From Candidatus Omnitrophota bacterium (GTDB taxonomy: Bacteria; Omnitrophota; Gorgyraeia; JABMRG01; JAFGKX01), in contig JAZDPX010000013.1 of NCBI GenBank assembly GCA_043797125.1, forward strand, positions 9,180 to 73,179: a stretch of DNA of 64,000 bases, written 5' to 3'. Made by a program: the position numbers and the translations under genes. The notes under the pieces were generated by a model that saw only the letters and a program-made list of their open reading frames with translations, made no database searches and was not told the DNA's origin. Shown in pieces: positions 48,276 to 57,132 of the stretch (position 1 is the first letter of the stretch; each line of letters starts with the position of its first letter).

Positions 48276-49070
48276 TTATTTATACTCACTATATTCCTGA
48301 ATGTATCTATATAAATACTGCGGCAGGTGATATTCCACATTCGTCATTACGATACCGAGAATTTTTGCTCCTGCCTGATGTAACCTGCTCTGTGCGTGCT
48401 GTATTGTGCCATGCTGGGTCCTTGCTGCCTGGATAACTAAAATTGCTCCGTCAACCATAGGCGCAAGTATACACGCGTCTGTTAAAGGCACAACAGGCGG
48501 TGAATCTATAAAAATATAATCAAACCTGCTTTCAAGCGAATTAAGGAGCGTTTGCATTCTCTTTGAGCCTAAGAGCTCCGACGGCTTATTTGATACGCTG
48601 CCTGAAACCATTATTGTAAGATTATCAATCCCCGGGGTGACAAATGCGGAATCTTCATTTATTTTGCCTTCCAAGACTTCAGAAAGCCCTGGGGCAGGAT
48701 CAAGACCTAAATATTTCGCTACTCTTCCCTTTCGCATATCAGCGTCTATTAAAAGTATGGATTTATTATTTAAGTCCTGCGCCATTGCTATTGCAAGGTT
48801 TATGGATGTTATGGTCTTGCCTTCCGAGTTTACCGAGCTTGTGATAAGAAACTTTTTATAGCCCCTTTTGCTTTTAAGCGATTGAATGTTGGTGCGCAAT
48901 ATTTTATATTGCTCGCCGACAGGAGATGTGGGGTCATGAAAAGATACCACGTGCTCGTCGATTTTTGTATCTTCGACGCGCTTTACCACATACTGGATCT
49001 CGGGTTTCTTCAGTATTCTTGTAATGCGCTCATCGCTTACTTTCTTTAATGCTTCGGTGATTCGACCCAT
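48276..49070 (-). CDS. CpsD/CapB (Wzc C-terminal) tyrosine autokinase
   Basis: EQYKILRTN, SEGKT, LIDADMR, IDSPP, Tyr-rich C-terminus YLYRYIQEYSEY. Confidence 0.92.
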   Translation of the reverse strand: MGRITEALKKVSDERITRILKKPEIQYVVKRVEDTKIDEHVVSFHDPTSPVGEQYKILRTNIQSLKSKRGYKKFLITSSVNSEGKTITSINLAIAMAQDLNNKSILLIDADMRKGRVAKYLGLDPAPGLSEVLEGKINEDSAFVTPGIDNLTIMVSGSVSNKPSELLGSKRMQTLLNSLESRFDYIFIDSPPVVPLTDACILAPMVDGAILVIQAARTQHGTIQHAQSRLHQAGAKILGIVMTNVEYHLPQYLYRYIQEYSEYK

Positions 49071-49107
49071 TTTAGCTCCTTTGGATTCCAGCTTATCTAG
49101 CCGGTCC

Positions 49108-49159
49108 GTAGCGGAGCCTTAAGGCTCCGCTACGGTTATGGATATACTGTTGTGGATAA
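49108..49159. repeat. GTAG palindrome + DnaA box
   Basis: Palindrome 49108-49133, TGTGGATAA at 49151-49159. Confidence 0.85.
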
Positions 49160-49160
49160 C

Positions 49161-50024
49161 TTAATTTACTCCCACTACGATTACTTTTTCGCTTGGTTTA
49201 TGAAGAGGCATGTATGTGGTCCTGTGCATTAGGTCTTCTATTGCCTCAACTGCTATTTCCCTTGTTATTTGTTTTACTTCATACAAAAGCCCGCTTATTA
49301 ATGTGATATGGCAGGCAAGGTTTATAAGCCGGGGAATACCGCCTGAATATCTGTATATTTCATCGATTGCTTCTTTTGTGAATATGTCGACGTTTTCATT
49401 GCCTGCGGTCTTTAGCCTGTGTTGTATGTAGCGCTCTGTTTCGCTCTCGTTTAACGACGATAAATGATAATAGAAAACAATCCTCTGGCTGAATTGCGCG
49501 AGTTTATGATGCGCCAGCTTAGCGCGTAATTCCGGCTGGCCTATCAATATAATCTGGATAAGCTTTTCTGTCTCTGTCTCCATGTTAGAGAGCATCCTTA
49601 TCTCTTCAAGCACAGACGCGGTAAGATTCTGCGCTTCATCTATGATGAGCACGACATTTACCTCTTTTGCCGCCTGCTCTAATAAAAATTTGTTGAGCGC
49701 TGATAAAAGGCGCGGCTTTGAGGTTGCGTGGTATTCCACCCCAAAATCATCGAGTATAGTCTCGAGCAGCTCCTTTTTGCTTAAATGCGTATTAAGAATT
49801 AAAGCAATTTTTGTTGACGGATCCAAGCGGCTTAGCAGGGCTCTTGAGGTTGTTGTTTTTCCAGAGCCGATGTCGCCTGTAATAACAGCGAAGCCGTTTC
49901 TTTCGCTTATAGCGAGTAGGAGCCGATTAAGCGCTTCCTCGTGTTTTGAGCTTGCGAAGAAAAATTTTGAATCCGGTGTCAGGTTAAAAGGCCTGTCGGT
50001 AAAACCGTAGAATTTCTCGTACAT
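49161..50024 (-). CDS. ExeA-like AAA ATPase (PEP-CTERM/exosortase locus type)
   Basis: MYEKFYGFTDRPFNLTPD, GDIGSGKTT, IIDEAQNL, LIGQPEL, SGGIPRLIN. Confidence 0.9.
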   Translation of the reverse strand: MYEKFYGFTDRPFNLTPDSKFFFASSKHEEALNRLLLAISERNGFAVITGDIGSGKTTTSRALLSRLDPSTKIALILNTHLSKKELLETILDDFGVEYHATSKPRLLSALNKFLLEQAAKEVNVVLIIDEAQNLTASVLEEIRMLSNMETETEKLIQIILIGQPELRAKLAHHKLAQFSQRIVFYYHLSSLNESETERYIQHRLKTAGNENVDIFTKEAIDEIYRYSGGIPRLINLACHITLISGLLYEVKQITREIAVEAIEDLMHRTTYMPLHKPSEKVIVVGVN

Positions 50025-50067
50025 GTTATTGTCTCCTTATTAAAATATTAAATTCTGCCAGCCAACC

Positions 50068-50093
50068 GTAGCGGAGCCTTAAGGCTCCGCTAC
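50068..50093. repeat. GTAG palindrome
   Basis: Exact 26-mer, followed by degenerate TGTAGACAA. Confidence 0.88.
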
Positions 50094-50118
50094 GGTTGTA
50101 GACAACTCGTAATTATAT

Positions 50119-51423
50119 TTACCCCAATACAATATTGAATATTATAACAACCAACAAAACCACGCCTGTTATAATAGACAGGCCTGTTATTTTCATCCTG
50201 CGCATTCTTTGGGCGTTTAAGTCGGCGACTGTGATTATCTTCGGTATCGCGCCTAATATCGGCAAATCAAGCGTTTGCTTTGCCTGGTCAATTCCTAAAA
50301 ATGAATGGTCTAATAATTCAGCTATAAACACCATGCCCGCGCCTGCGCATATGCCCAGGAATATTGACATAAATAAAACAAGCGGCTTATTCGGCTTTAC
50401 AGGTTTTAACGGCAGTCTTGCAGGATCAAGAATTGTATATTTTGTGCCTTCTTTTGATGATTCAAGCCGCTGGGTGATTTTTGCTGTTTCTAAACGCTGA
50501 AGCAGGGTATCGTATAATCTTTGGTTTACGTTTGCGTCCCTGGCCGCGACATTGTCAATTCTTTCAAGAAGCAGGAGTTTGTATAGCTTGTCGTTTGTAG
50601 CTTCGGAGAACATTGTCCTGTTTGCGCCGGTGCTTGAGCCGTCAAGGCCGGTCGCGGTGAGCTCTTCCTTCATTTTTCCTAAATCATCCCTTAGGCCTGA
50701 TAATTCGCTGTCTGAACTTGCTATGGTTGATGTATTAATATTGTATATACCTTTTTCTAATTCGCCTTTAGCCTGCTCTATTTTCTTTTTTAGCTCCACA
50801 ACCACAGGATGTTTCTCTGTAGAATCAACGCGCAGTTTTTCAAGCTGGTCCTGCATTGCCGATATTTCGGATTGCTTAAGTTTTTTCTGATAAAGTTCGA
50901 GTTGGTCATTTATAAAATTAATGGCGTTGTCGGTTTCCTGCGTCTGCTGGCGCAGGTTTTCAGCGATGAATATGTCTGTTATTGTCTTTACTATATTCTG
51001 CGATTCCAGCGCGTCCTTGCCGTCGTAGGAAATAGTTACGAGGCTATCGCCGCGTAGTTTCACTATGATATTCTGGCGCAAGTTCTTAACTAAATTTTCA
51101 AACTGCTCCTGGCTTCTTACGTCCTTTGCAAGGTTAAGCTTTGTTATAAGCTGATTTATCCTGTCCCAGCCAAGTATCTGCTCGCGCAATACAGCCAATC
51201 GCTGAGCTGTGCTGGTTGATACTGCCAAACCCTGCACAAGCGGATTTATTATCCTGCCTTCTTCAACAAGAATAAGTGTCGATGCCCTGTATGCCTTAGG
51301 AAGGGCGTTGGCAGCTATTACGCCGAGCGCAATTGCTATCACTGTCGGGATAATAACAAGCCATTTCCTTCTGAAGAAGATTTTCAGATAATCTAAAGGT
51401 TTTTTCTCTGATCCTGTATACAT
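50119..51423 (-). CDS. Polysaccharide co-polymerase / chain-length determinant (Wzc N-terminal/GumC type)
   Basis: DYLKIFFRRKW + TM, TEKHPVV, coiled coil, ILDPARLPLKPVKPN + TM, LPILGAIP. Confidence 0.9.
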   Translation of the reverse strand: MYTGSEKKPLDYLKIFFRRKWLVIIPTVIAIALGVIAANALPKAYRASTLILVEEGRIINPLVQGLAVSTSTAQRLAVLREQILGWDRINQLITKLNLAKDVRSQEQFENLVKNLRQNIIVKLRGDSLVTISYDGKDALESQNIVKTITDIFIAENLRQQTQETDNAINFINDQLELYQKKLKQSEISAMQDQLEKLRVDSTEKHPVVVELKKKIEQAKGELEKGIYNINTSTIASSDSELSGLRDDLGKMKEELTATGLDGSSTGANRTMFSEATNDKLYKLLLLERIDNVAARDANVNQRLYDTLLQRLETAKITQRLESSKEGTKYTILDPARLPLKPVKPNKPLVLFMSIFLGICAGAGMVFIAELLDHSFLGIDQAKQTLDLPILGAIPKIITVADLNAQRMRRMKITGLSIITGVVLLVVIIFNIVLG

Positions 51424-51452
51424 TTGAAGCTCCTTTAACCCTTCCGTATTCT

Positions 51453-51490
51453 GTAGCGGAGCCTTAAGGCTCCGCTACGGTTGTGGATAA
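51453..51490. repeat. GTAG palindrome + DnaA box
   Basis: Palindrome 51453-51478, 3 bp gap, TGTGGATAA 51482-51490. Confidence 0.88.
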
Positions 51491-52501
51491 CTACATCGCT
51501 AATGCTGCGCCGCTTGCTGCAGCGCCCGCTGCTTCGCTTGTGGCATTGGTCACCGGAGATATTACGCGGATTATCTTTGCCATTGCTGTTGCCGGTATAT
51601 ACAGCACATCGCCCGGCTTCATATCGATATTTTCTTTAAGGTCGCCTTCGTATAGTAATTTATACACGTTTACGTAAGTGTAATTATTCCTGCCGGTGTT
51701 ATTAGGCGTAATCAGTCGGCATTTTCTCATGGCTGCGGAATATGTGGGAAGCCCTGACTGCACAAGGGCCTCTCTTATAGTAATAGTATTTCCTCTCATA
51801 TAATATTTGCCCGGGTTTGCTGCCTCGCCTACTACGTAGAAAACCTTGCTTAGATAGGCAACTATTGTTACATCGACTTCCGGCGCGATAAGAAAATCCG
51901 AGAGGATTTCAGTCAGCCTTTTATTAAGCTGCAATTTTGTAAGGCCACTAACGGCAATATCCCCTACAAACTTGTATTCAATCTTTCCCTCTGAATTAAC
52001 TGTATACTGGCCGCTGAATTCGGGATGCCTTCTTACCTCAATTGAAACCACGTCATTGGGCCCGAGGGTGTATTTGACCTCTTCCATAATATCTACGACT
52101 GTTGGCGGTGTGCCTGCAACAGGAAGAGCGCTAAGGTTTATATCGACAGATTTCGGGGTCTCAACCACGCCTTGAGTCTTGGCAAAATTTGTCTGGGCGA
52201 AAGATGTACCAGCGCATAAGAAATACGCTGCAAGCGCAACAGACAACGCAAAGATGATGATAGATAAAGTCTTGGCGTAATTTGCTGCTGCAGCTACGGT
52301 TTCCTCATATTCATAGGAGCTTTCGTAGAATTTCCTGATTTCTTCTACCTCATCCTTTTGATAAAACCTCCAGCCGCGCCAGTCTCTTTTTGATTTCTTT
52401 ATTTTGCCGGCCTTCTCCCACCTCATAATGGTGCGGGGAGTCACGCCAATGTATTTTGCCGCATCTGTGATGCTTAATCTATTGCTTATTGCCATAGCCA
52501 T
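51491..52501 (-). CDS. Wza-like polysaccharide export protein fused to an N-terminal MerR-type HTH
   Basis: LSITDAAKYIGVTPRTIMRWEKAGKI...RGWRFY (HTH), TM/signal, YTLGPNDVVSIEV..HPEFSG..TVNSEGKI (Poly_export), VVGEAANPG and MKPGDVLYIP (SLBB). Confidence 0.88.
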   Translation of the reverse strand: MAMAISNRLSITDAAKYIGVTPRTIMRWEKAGKIKKSKRDWRGWRFYQKDEVEEIRKFYESSYEYEETVAAAANYAKTLSIIIFALSVALAAYFLCAGTSFAQTNFAKTQGVVETPKSVDINLSALPVAGTPPTVVDIMEEVKYTLGPNDVVSIEVRRHPEFSGQYTVNSEGKIEYKFVGDIAVSGLTKLQLNKRLTEILSDFLIAPEVDVTIVAYLSKVFYVVGEAANPGKYYMRGNTITIREALVQSGLPTYSAAMRKCRLITPNNTGRNNYTYVNVYKLLYEGDLKENIDMKPGDVLYIPATAMAKIIRVISPVTNATSEAAGAAASGAALAM

Positions 52502-52582
52502 TTTCCATTCCTCCTGTATTATTATGGGTTATTATGGTTGCTGTCTATGAAATACCATGACAGGTATGCACTTACATATATA

Positions 52583-52598
52583 AGCATTATCCGTGCCA
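52583..52598 (-). promoter_or_regulatory. Sigma-54 -24/-12 promoter of the glycan export/biosynthesis operon
   Basis: TGGCAC-GGATA-ATGCT. Confidence 0.8.
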
Positions 52599-52660
52599 AA
52601 CTTAAGTTTTTGCGAAAAAATTATATAGTGATGTAACTTGTTGTAGATAAAAGAGTTGTA

Positions 52661-52700
52661 AGCACACGTAGCGGAGGCTTAAGCCTCCGCTACGTGTGCT
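52661..52700. repeat. 40-bp perfect palindrome containing a GTAG REP variant
   Basis: AGCACACGTAGCGGAGGCTTAAGCCTCCGCTACGTGTGCT. Confidence 0.88.
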
Positions 52701-52764
52701 CTTGCGTTTCCTATGTTGAATTATATAGACACGTGTATCTAAAACTGCTAAAATATATCCCCTT

Positions 52765-54051
52765 ATGCAACACAAACTAGCACACCACCATAAAATGCTT
52801 CAGAAAATGGCTCTTACGCCTCAAATGAAGCAATCTATCCAGCTTTTGGGTATGTCTACAAAGGACTTAAATGAATATGTTGATGCTGCGTTAGAAAAAA
52901 ATCCATTTTTAAAAAAAGAGATTACAGCGCCAAGGACTGCCAAGGCTTCGGATGATGACTACGATTACACTGCAAACATACGCCAGGAAGAAAATCCCCG
53001 CATGAACTTTATTTCCCAGCTTGAAATAATGGATATTGAAACAGGCTTGTTGGACATTGCTAAATACCTTATATATGAAATGGATGATAATGGTTATATT
53101 AATATTGATTTAGAAGATGCTGCGCAGGAACTTGCTGCTGATACGACTGATATTGAGGCAGCGCTTGCCATTGTGCAGTCAATGGAGCCGGCAGGCATTG
53201 GCGCAAGAAATATTCAGGAGTGTTTGAGCCTGCAGCTTAAAAGAAGGGGCAAGGAAGATTCTGTTGAGTACAGGATAGTGAATGGGTTCTTAAATGAGCT
53301 TACTAGAAATGATGCTGAAAAAATAGCGAAACAACTAAAAATAAGCAGCCAACAGGCTGAAACCGCGATTAAGACTATAAAGCTGCTTAACCCTCGGCCA
53401 ACGAGCACTCTTTTTAGTAAGGAAGCTCATGCTGTAACGCCTGATTTAATTGCAGAGGTTGGGGGCAAGAAATTGCGCCTGTGGCTGAACAGGCAATGGC
53501 TGCCTAATATTACATTCTACAATCCTTATGAGGACGAACCTGAAATAACCGAGGATGCAACAGCAAAAAAATTCATTACGGAGAATAAGCAGGCTGCCAA
53601 AGGCCTGATAGACGGCTTAAAGAGGCGCGAGGAGACTTTGCTTAAGGTAGCGCAATATCTGCTGGGTTTTCAGCTGGATAGCTTCATAGACGAGAGCCGG
53701 CACATAAAAAGCCTCGCGATAAAAGATGTGGCTTCTGCCTTAAAAATGCATACTACCACAATAAGCAGGACCGTTTCCCACAAATATGTGCAGATAAATA
53801 ATCAGACCATGCCGTTAAAGGGCCTGCTAAGCGGGGAAATCAAGAATAAAGACGGGCAAGTTACATCAAAGGCATCTATCAAAACTAAAATTAACGCGCT
53901 TGTTAAAGCTGAGGACAAAACGCATCCTTTAAGCGATAAACAAATAAAAGAATCTCTCGAGAAAGAAGGCATCTCCATTAACCGGCGCACCGTAGCAAAA
54001 TACCGCGACTCGCTGCGCCTTTTGCCTGCGCATTTAAGAAGAAAATCGTAG
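52765..54051 (+). CDS. rpoN: RNA polymerase sigma-54 factor (divergent)
   Basis: LTPQMKQSIQLL, EKNPFL, EPAGIGARNIQECL, PLSD, RRTVAKYR box. Confidence 0.93.
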   Translation: MQHKLAHHHKMLQKMALTPQMKQSIQLLGMSTKDLNEYVDAALEKNPFLKKEITAPRTAKASDDDYDYTANIRQEENPRMNFISQLEIMDIETGLLDIAKYLIYEMDDNGYINIDLEDAAQELAADTTDIEAALAIVQSMEPAGIGARNIQECLSLQLKRRGKEDSVEYRIVNGFLNELTRNDAEKIAKQLKISSQQAETAIKTIKLLNPRPTSTLFSKEAHAVTPDLIAEVGGKKLRLWLNRQWLPNITFYNPYEDEPEITEDATAKKFITENKQAAKGLIDGLKRREETLLKVAQYLLGFQLDSFIDESRHIKSLAIKDVASALKMHTTTISRTVSHKYVQINNQTMPLKGLLSGEIKNKDGQVTSKASIKTKINALVKAEDKTHPLSDKQIKESLEKEGISINRRTVAKYRDSLRLLPAHLRRKS

Positions 54052-54073
54052 CGGAGCCTTAAGGCTCCGCTAC
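54048..54073. repeat. GTAG palindrome supplying the rpoN stop codon
   Basis: TAG 54049-54051 lies inside the palindrome. Confidence 0.88.
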
Positions 54074-54122
54074 GTCCGAGTCTAGGGGGCAGGTTGCCGA
54101 ACGATTGCGTAAACGGTACTGG

Positions 54123-54758
54123 TTATTTGAAGATAAACCCGGTTTGGGAGCTCCAGAAAAGAAGATCCAGGCAACCTAAGGGGATGTTGACTTTTTTGGC
54201 GAAGCGCTGCATCTTCTTTTCGATTTCAAGGTATGCCTTTTTGGTGATTGAGGGCGGGATTGTATCTATTACGCCGTATTTTTTTAAATTCCGCAAGATA
54301 TGCACATCAAGTATCGCTAAATTCTCGCCCATTCCGATATTTCGCAGGAAATGGCTTGCTTCTTTATAGCCTAAACCCTTTACGTTTTTAACCAGCCAGC
54401 CCCTTGTCGCTTGAGGGTCTTTGGGATTTAGCTTTGTCTTTATATCGATTTGTTTTGCGCTGTTTTGAAAAAATTTCCTGGCGCCTGCTAAGTACTTGGC
54501 TTTATTATTGGGAAATCTTACGCGCTGTAAGTATTTTCGAATTCTTCTGTTGCAGCCCCAGAAAAGTACTTTTGTGTTTTTTAGGGTTTTCACCGCTTCA
54601 TCGCAGTAAACTGCTTTTGATTGCGGTGTTAAAAGGCAAAAACAAAGCTCAGAGAATATGTCTTTATCGCCGGCTTTACCCAGCCGGCTAAACTCCTTAA
54701 GCCTGTTATTTATTTCTCTCTTTTTCTTGTTATAATCCCGGACTAAGGCCTTCGTCAT
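54123..54758 (-). CDS. ogg: 8-oxoguanine N-glycosylase/DNA lyase (Ogg2 type)
   Basis: ELCFCLLT, RFPNNKAKY, KGLGYKEASHFLRNIG, AILDVHIL, LDLLFW. Confidence 0.9.
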   Translation of the reverse strand: MTKALVRDYNKKKREINNRLKEFSRLGKAGDKDIFSELCFCLLTPQSKAVYCDEAVKTLKNTKVLFWGCNRRIRKYLQRVRFPNNKAKYLAGARKFFQNSAKQIDIKTKLNPKDPQATRGWLVKNVKGLGYKEASHFLRNIGMGENLAILDVHILRNLKKYGVIDTIPPSITKKAYLEIEKKMQRFAKKVNIPLGCLDLLFWSSQTGFIFK

Positions 54759-55672
54759 TTCTGCTGGCCTAAATACCGAAAAGCGCTAAGAAGGGCCTTC
54801 GCGCCTTCTCCTGCCGCGATTACAATTTGTTTTTCCGGCACGTTTGTAACATCACCTGCTGCAAATACGCCGGGAATGTTTGTGCTGTTACGGCAATCTA
54901 TTTCTATTTCTCCGCGCGTGTTTCTCTTTAAGTCTAAACCTTTGGCAAATTCCGTATTAGGCACAAGCCCTATCTCAACAAAGACCCCCTGTAAAGAAAT
55001 GGTTTTTTCTCCGTCATTAGTCTCTATCTTTATAGCGTTAACCATTTTATCGCCAAGGACCTGTTTTGCTTTTGCGTTCAGCAAAAGCGTGACCTTTTCG
55101 CTCTTTTTAATTTTCTCCTGCATAATAGAATCGCCGTTTAGCTTGGGGCCGACTTCGATAAGGTAAATATGCTTTGCTATGTTCATTAACTGCAGCACGG
55201 CTTCTAAGCCCGCGTTACCTGCGCCCACAACAGCGACATCCTTGCCTGCAAAAAGCGGGCCATCGCAGGTAGCGCAATATGTTAAGCCTTTGTTTTTGAA
55301 TTCCTTTTCACCCGGGATGTTAAGCTCTCTTGATTTTCCGCCGGTCGCGATTATCACCGCCTTTGCCTGATATTGTGTCTTATCTGTCTTTATGTTTATT
55401 ATATTATCCTGCTTCTTAAGTTCTATTATCTGCTCGTTCTGTTTCAGCTTTACATTATATTTCTTCATGTGCTCCTGAAATTTCGCTGTCAAATCCATGC
55501 CGCTGATAAACTGATACCCTGTATAATTTTCTATATCGCCTGTCCATGCGGTCTGTCCGCCTACATCCTTGCTTATCACAAGAAAGTTCATTCTTTTTCT
55601 GGCAGCATACACGCTTGCCGTAATGCCGGCAGGCCCTGCGCCTATAATTATCAAATCATACGCATCTGCCAT
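54755..55672 (-). CDS. Thioredoxin reductase / AhpF C-terminal-like
   Basis: GAGPAG, YCATCDG, GAGNAG, FAAGDVT. Confidence 0.92.
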   Translation of the reverse strand: MADAYDLIIIGAGPAGITASVYAARKRMNFLVISKDVGGQTAWTGDIENYTGYQFISGMDLTAKFQEHMKKYNVKLKQNEQIIELKKQDNIINIKTDKTQYQAKAVIIATGGKSRELNIPGEKEFKNKGLTYCATCDGPLFAGKDVAVVGAGNAGLEAVLQLMNIAKHIYLIEVGPKLNGDSIMQEKIKKSEKVTLLLNAKAKQVLGDKMVNAIKIETNDGEKTISLQGVFVEIGLVPNTEFAKGLDLKRNTRGEIEIDCRNSTNIPGVFAAGDVTNVPEKQIVIAAGEGAKALLSAFRYLGQQK

Positions 55673-55676
55673 AATA

Positions 55677-56411
55677 TCATCCTAACATTTTAAGCAGCGC
55701 CATAAAAACAATACCCAAAACGAAAGTCACAAAAGCAATGTTTGCCCTTTTTGCGTCTTTCTGCTTATGAAGTTCCGGTATTAAATCAGAGGCCGCAATA
55801 TATATAAAGCCTCCGGCAGTAATGGCTAACAAATAGAATGTAACGCCTTCTATAACGCTGGAGAGCAGGTATCCGATAACAGCGCCTAAAACAGCTGTAA
55901 GCGCGCATATAAAGTTTGCCAGCAAGGCCTTCTGTTTGCTAAAGCCTCCATAAACCAATATCCCAAAATCGCCCATCTCTTGGGGAATTTCATGGAATAC
56001 AACAGCCAAAGTAGTAGCAATACCTAATTTAAAGTCAGTCATAAAGCTTGCTGCTATAACAAGCCCGTCCATAAAATTATGAAAGCCGTCGCCTATAAGG
56101 CTTAAATATGTAAAGGCGTGAATCTCACAAACGCCTTCATGGCAATGCCTCCAGTGAAAATATCTTTCCAGCATAAAAAATAAGCAAAAGCCGATTATTG
56201 TGTATAAAAAAGCCGTGCTGCTGCCGCATTCTTCTATAGCCTCCGGCAAAAGATGCAAAAACGCGCCGCCAATTAAACCCCCTGCCGCGAAACCTATAAG
56301 CAGCACAAGTATCTTTTCCATGGAATTTTTCTTCATCCCAAAGGTAAAAATACCTATCAGTGAAATAGCGCTAACTATTATGGTCGCTGTTAAAATCCAT
56401 ATTAATGTCAT
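55677..56411 (-). CDS. ZIP family metal transporter
   Basis: HLLPEA, HWRHCH, GDGFHNFMDG, HEIPQEMGDF. Confidence 0.92.
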   Translation of the reverse strand: MTLIWILTATIIVSAISLIGIFTFGMKKNSMEKILVLLIGFAAGGLIGGAFLHLLPEAIEECGSSTAFLYTIIGFCLFFMLERYFHWRHCHEGVCEIHAFTYLSLIGDGFHNFMDGLVIAASFMTDFKLGIATTLAVVFHEIPQEMGDFGILVYGGFSKQKALLANFICALTAVLGAVIGYLLSSVIEGVTFYLLAITAGGFIYIAASDLIPELHKQKDAKRANIAFVTFVLGIVFMALLKMLG

Positions 56412-56420
56412 ATAAGCCTT

Positions 56421-56657
56421 TTAAATATCGAGCGCGCTGCTTATTGCCTGGGGGTCGAAACCTACGATTGCCTCATCATCAATAAGCACCACAGGCACAC
56501 CCATCTGGCCGGTCTTGTTTATCATCTCTTCCACTTTCGCGGGATCTGCCGAAACATCTATCTCTTCAAAAACAACGTTGTTTTCCTTTAAAAATTGCTT
56601 GACCTTGATGCAGTACGGGCAGGTCGGGGTGCTGTATACTGTTACTTTTTTGCTCAT
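56421..56657 (-). CDS. Glutaredoxin-like (NrdH/YruB) protein
   Basis: YSTPTCPYC, GQMGVPV, VGFD. Confidence 0.92.
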   Translation of the reverse strand: MSKKVTVYSTPTCPYCIKVKQFLKENNVVFEEIDVSADPAKVEEMINKTGQMGVPVVLIDDEAIVGFDPQAISSALDI

Positions 56658-56674
56658 GCTCAGCTCTCTTGTTT

Positions 56675-57118
56675 TTACAGGATTGTCTCGTTAATCCACG
56701 CGCCGTGCAGGTTACATAACGCTATCGCGGTAAGCTTGCCGCTATTTGCCTTAAGGTGAAGGCTAGCTGCGGGATTAAGCTTGCCCGGTGTTAATATAAC
56801 CCTGGCAATGAATTCTTTATCAACATAGAAGTCGATATGAATAATATAATGTTCAGCCAGCATCGGGTGCCCAACTTCGCCAAGCCTTACATGCACATCT
56901 GTGCAGCCATCCGGAATAAGGCCGCATTTTTTCACAACATTAATAACAGGCACATGTTTTTTCTCAAGGTCAGTTTTATTTTTCGGATCTTGCGGCGTTT
57001 TAACAGCGTCGTCTTTTTCCTGAAAAGCAGACTTTGGCGCGTGGCACACAGGACAAAACTCAGGCGCGCTCCCGTTAATCGCAATATATCCACAAATTTT
57101 GCATACAATCCCTTTCAT
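56675..57118 (-). CDS. Superoxide reductase with N-terminal rubredoxin-like domain
   Basis: CKICGY...CPVC, EKKHVP, HPM..EHYI, CNLHG. Start moved to ATG 57118 (SD GAGGGAGG). Confidence 0.88.
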   Translation of the reverse strand: MKGIVCKICGYIAINGSAPEFCPVCHAPKSAFQEKDDAVKTPQDPKNKTDLEKKHVPVINVVKKCGLIPDGCTDVHVRLGEVGHPMLAEHYIIHIDFYVDKEFIARVILTPGKLNPAASLHLKANSGKLTAIALCNLHGAWINETIL

Positions 57119-57132
57119 GAAACCTCCCTCAT

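Noticed and set aside
47957-48436. 159-aa plus-strand ORF starting MDPRFRGDD
   Set aside because: It starts inside a dRS3-like repeat and is antisense to the PEP-CTERM lipoprotein and kinase.
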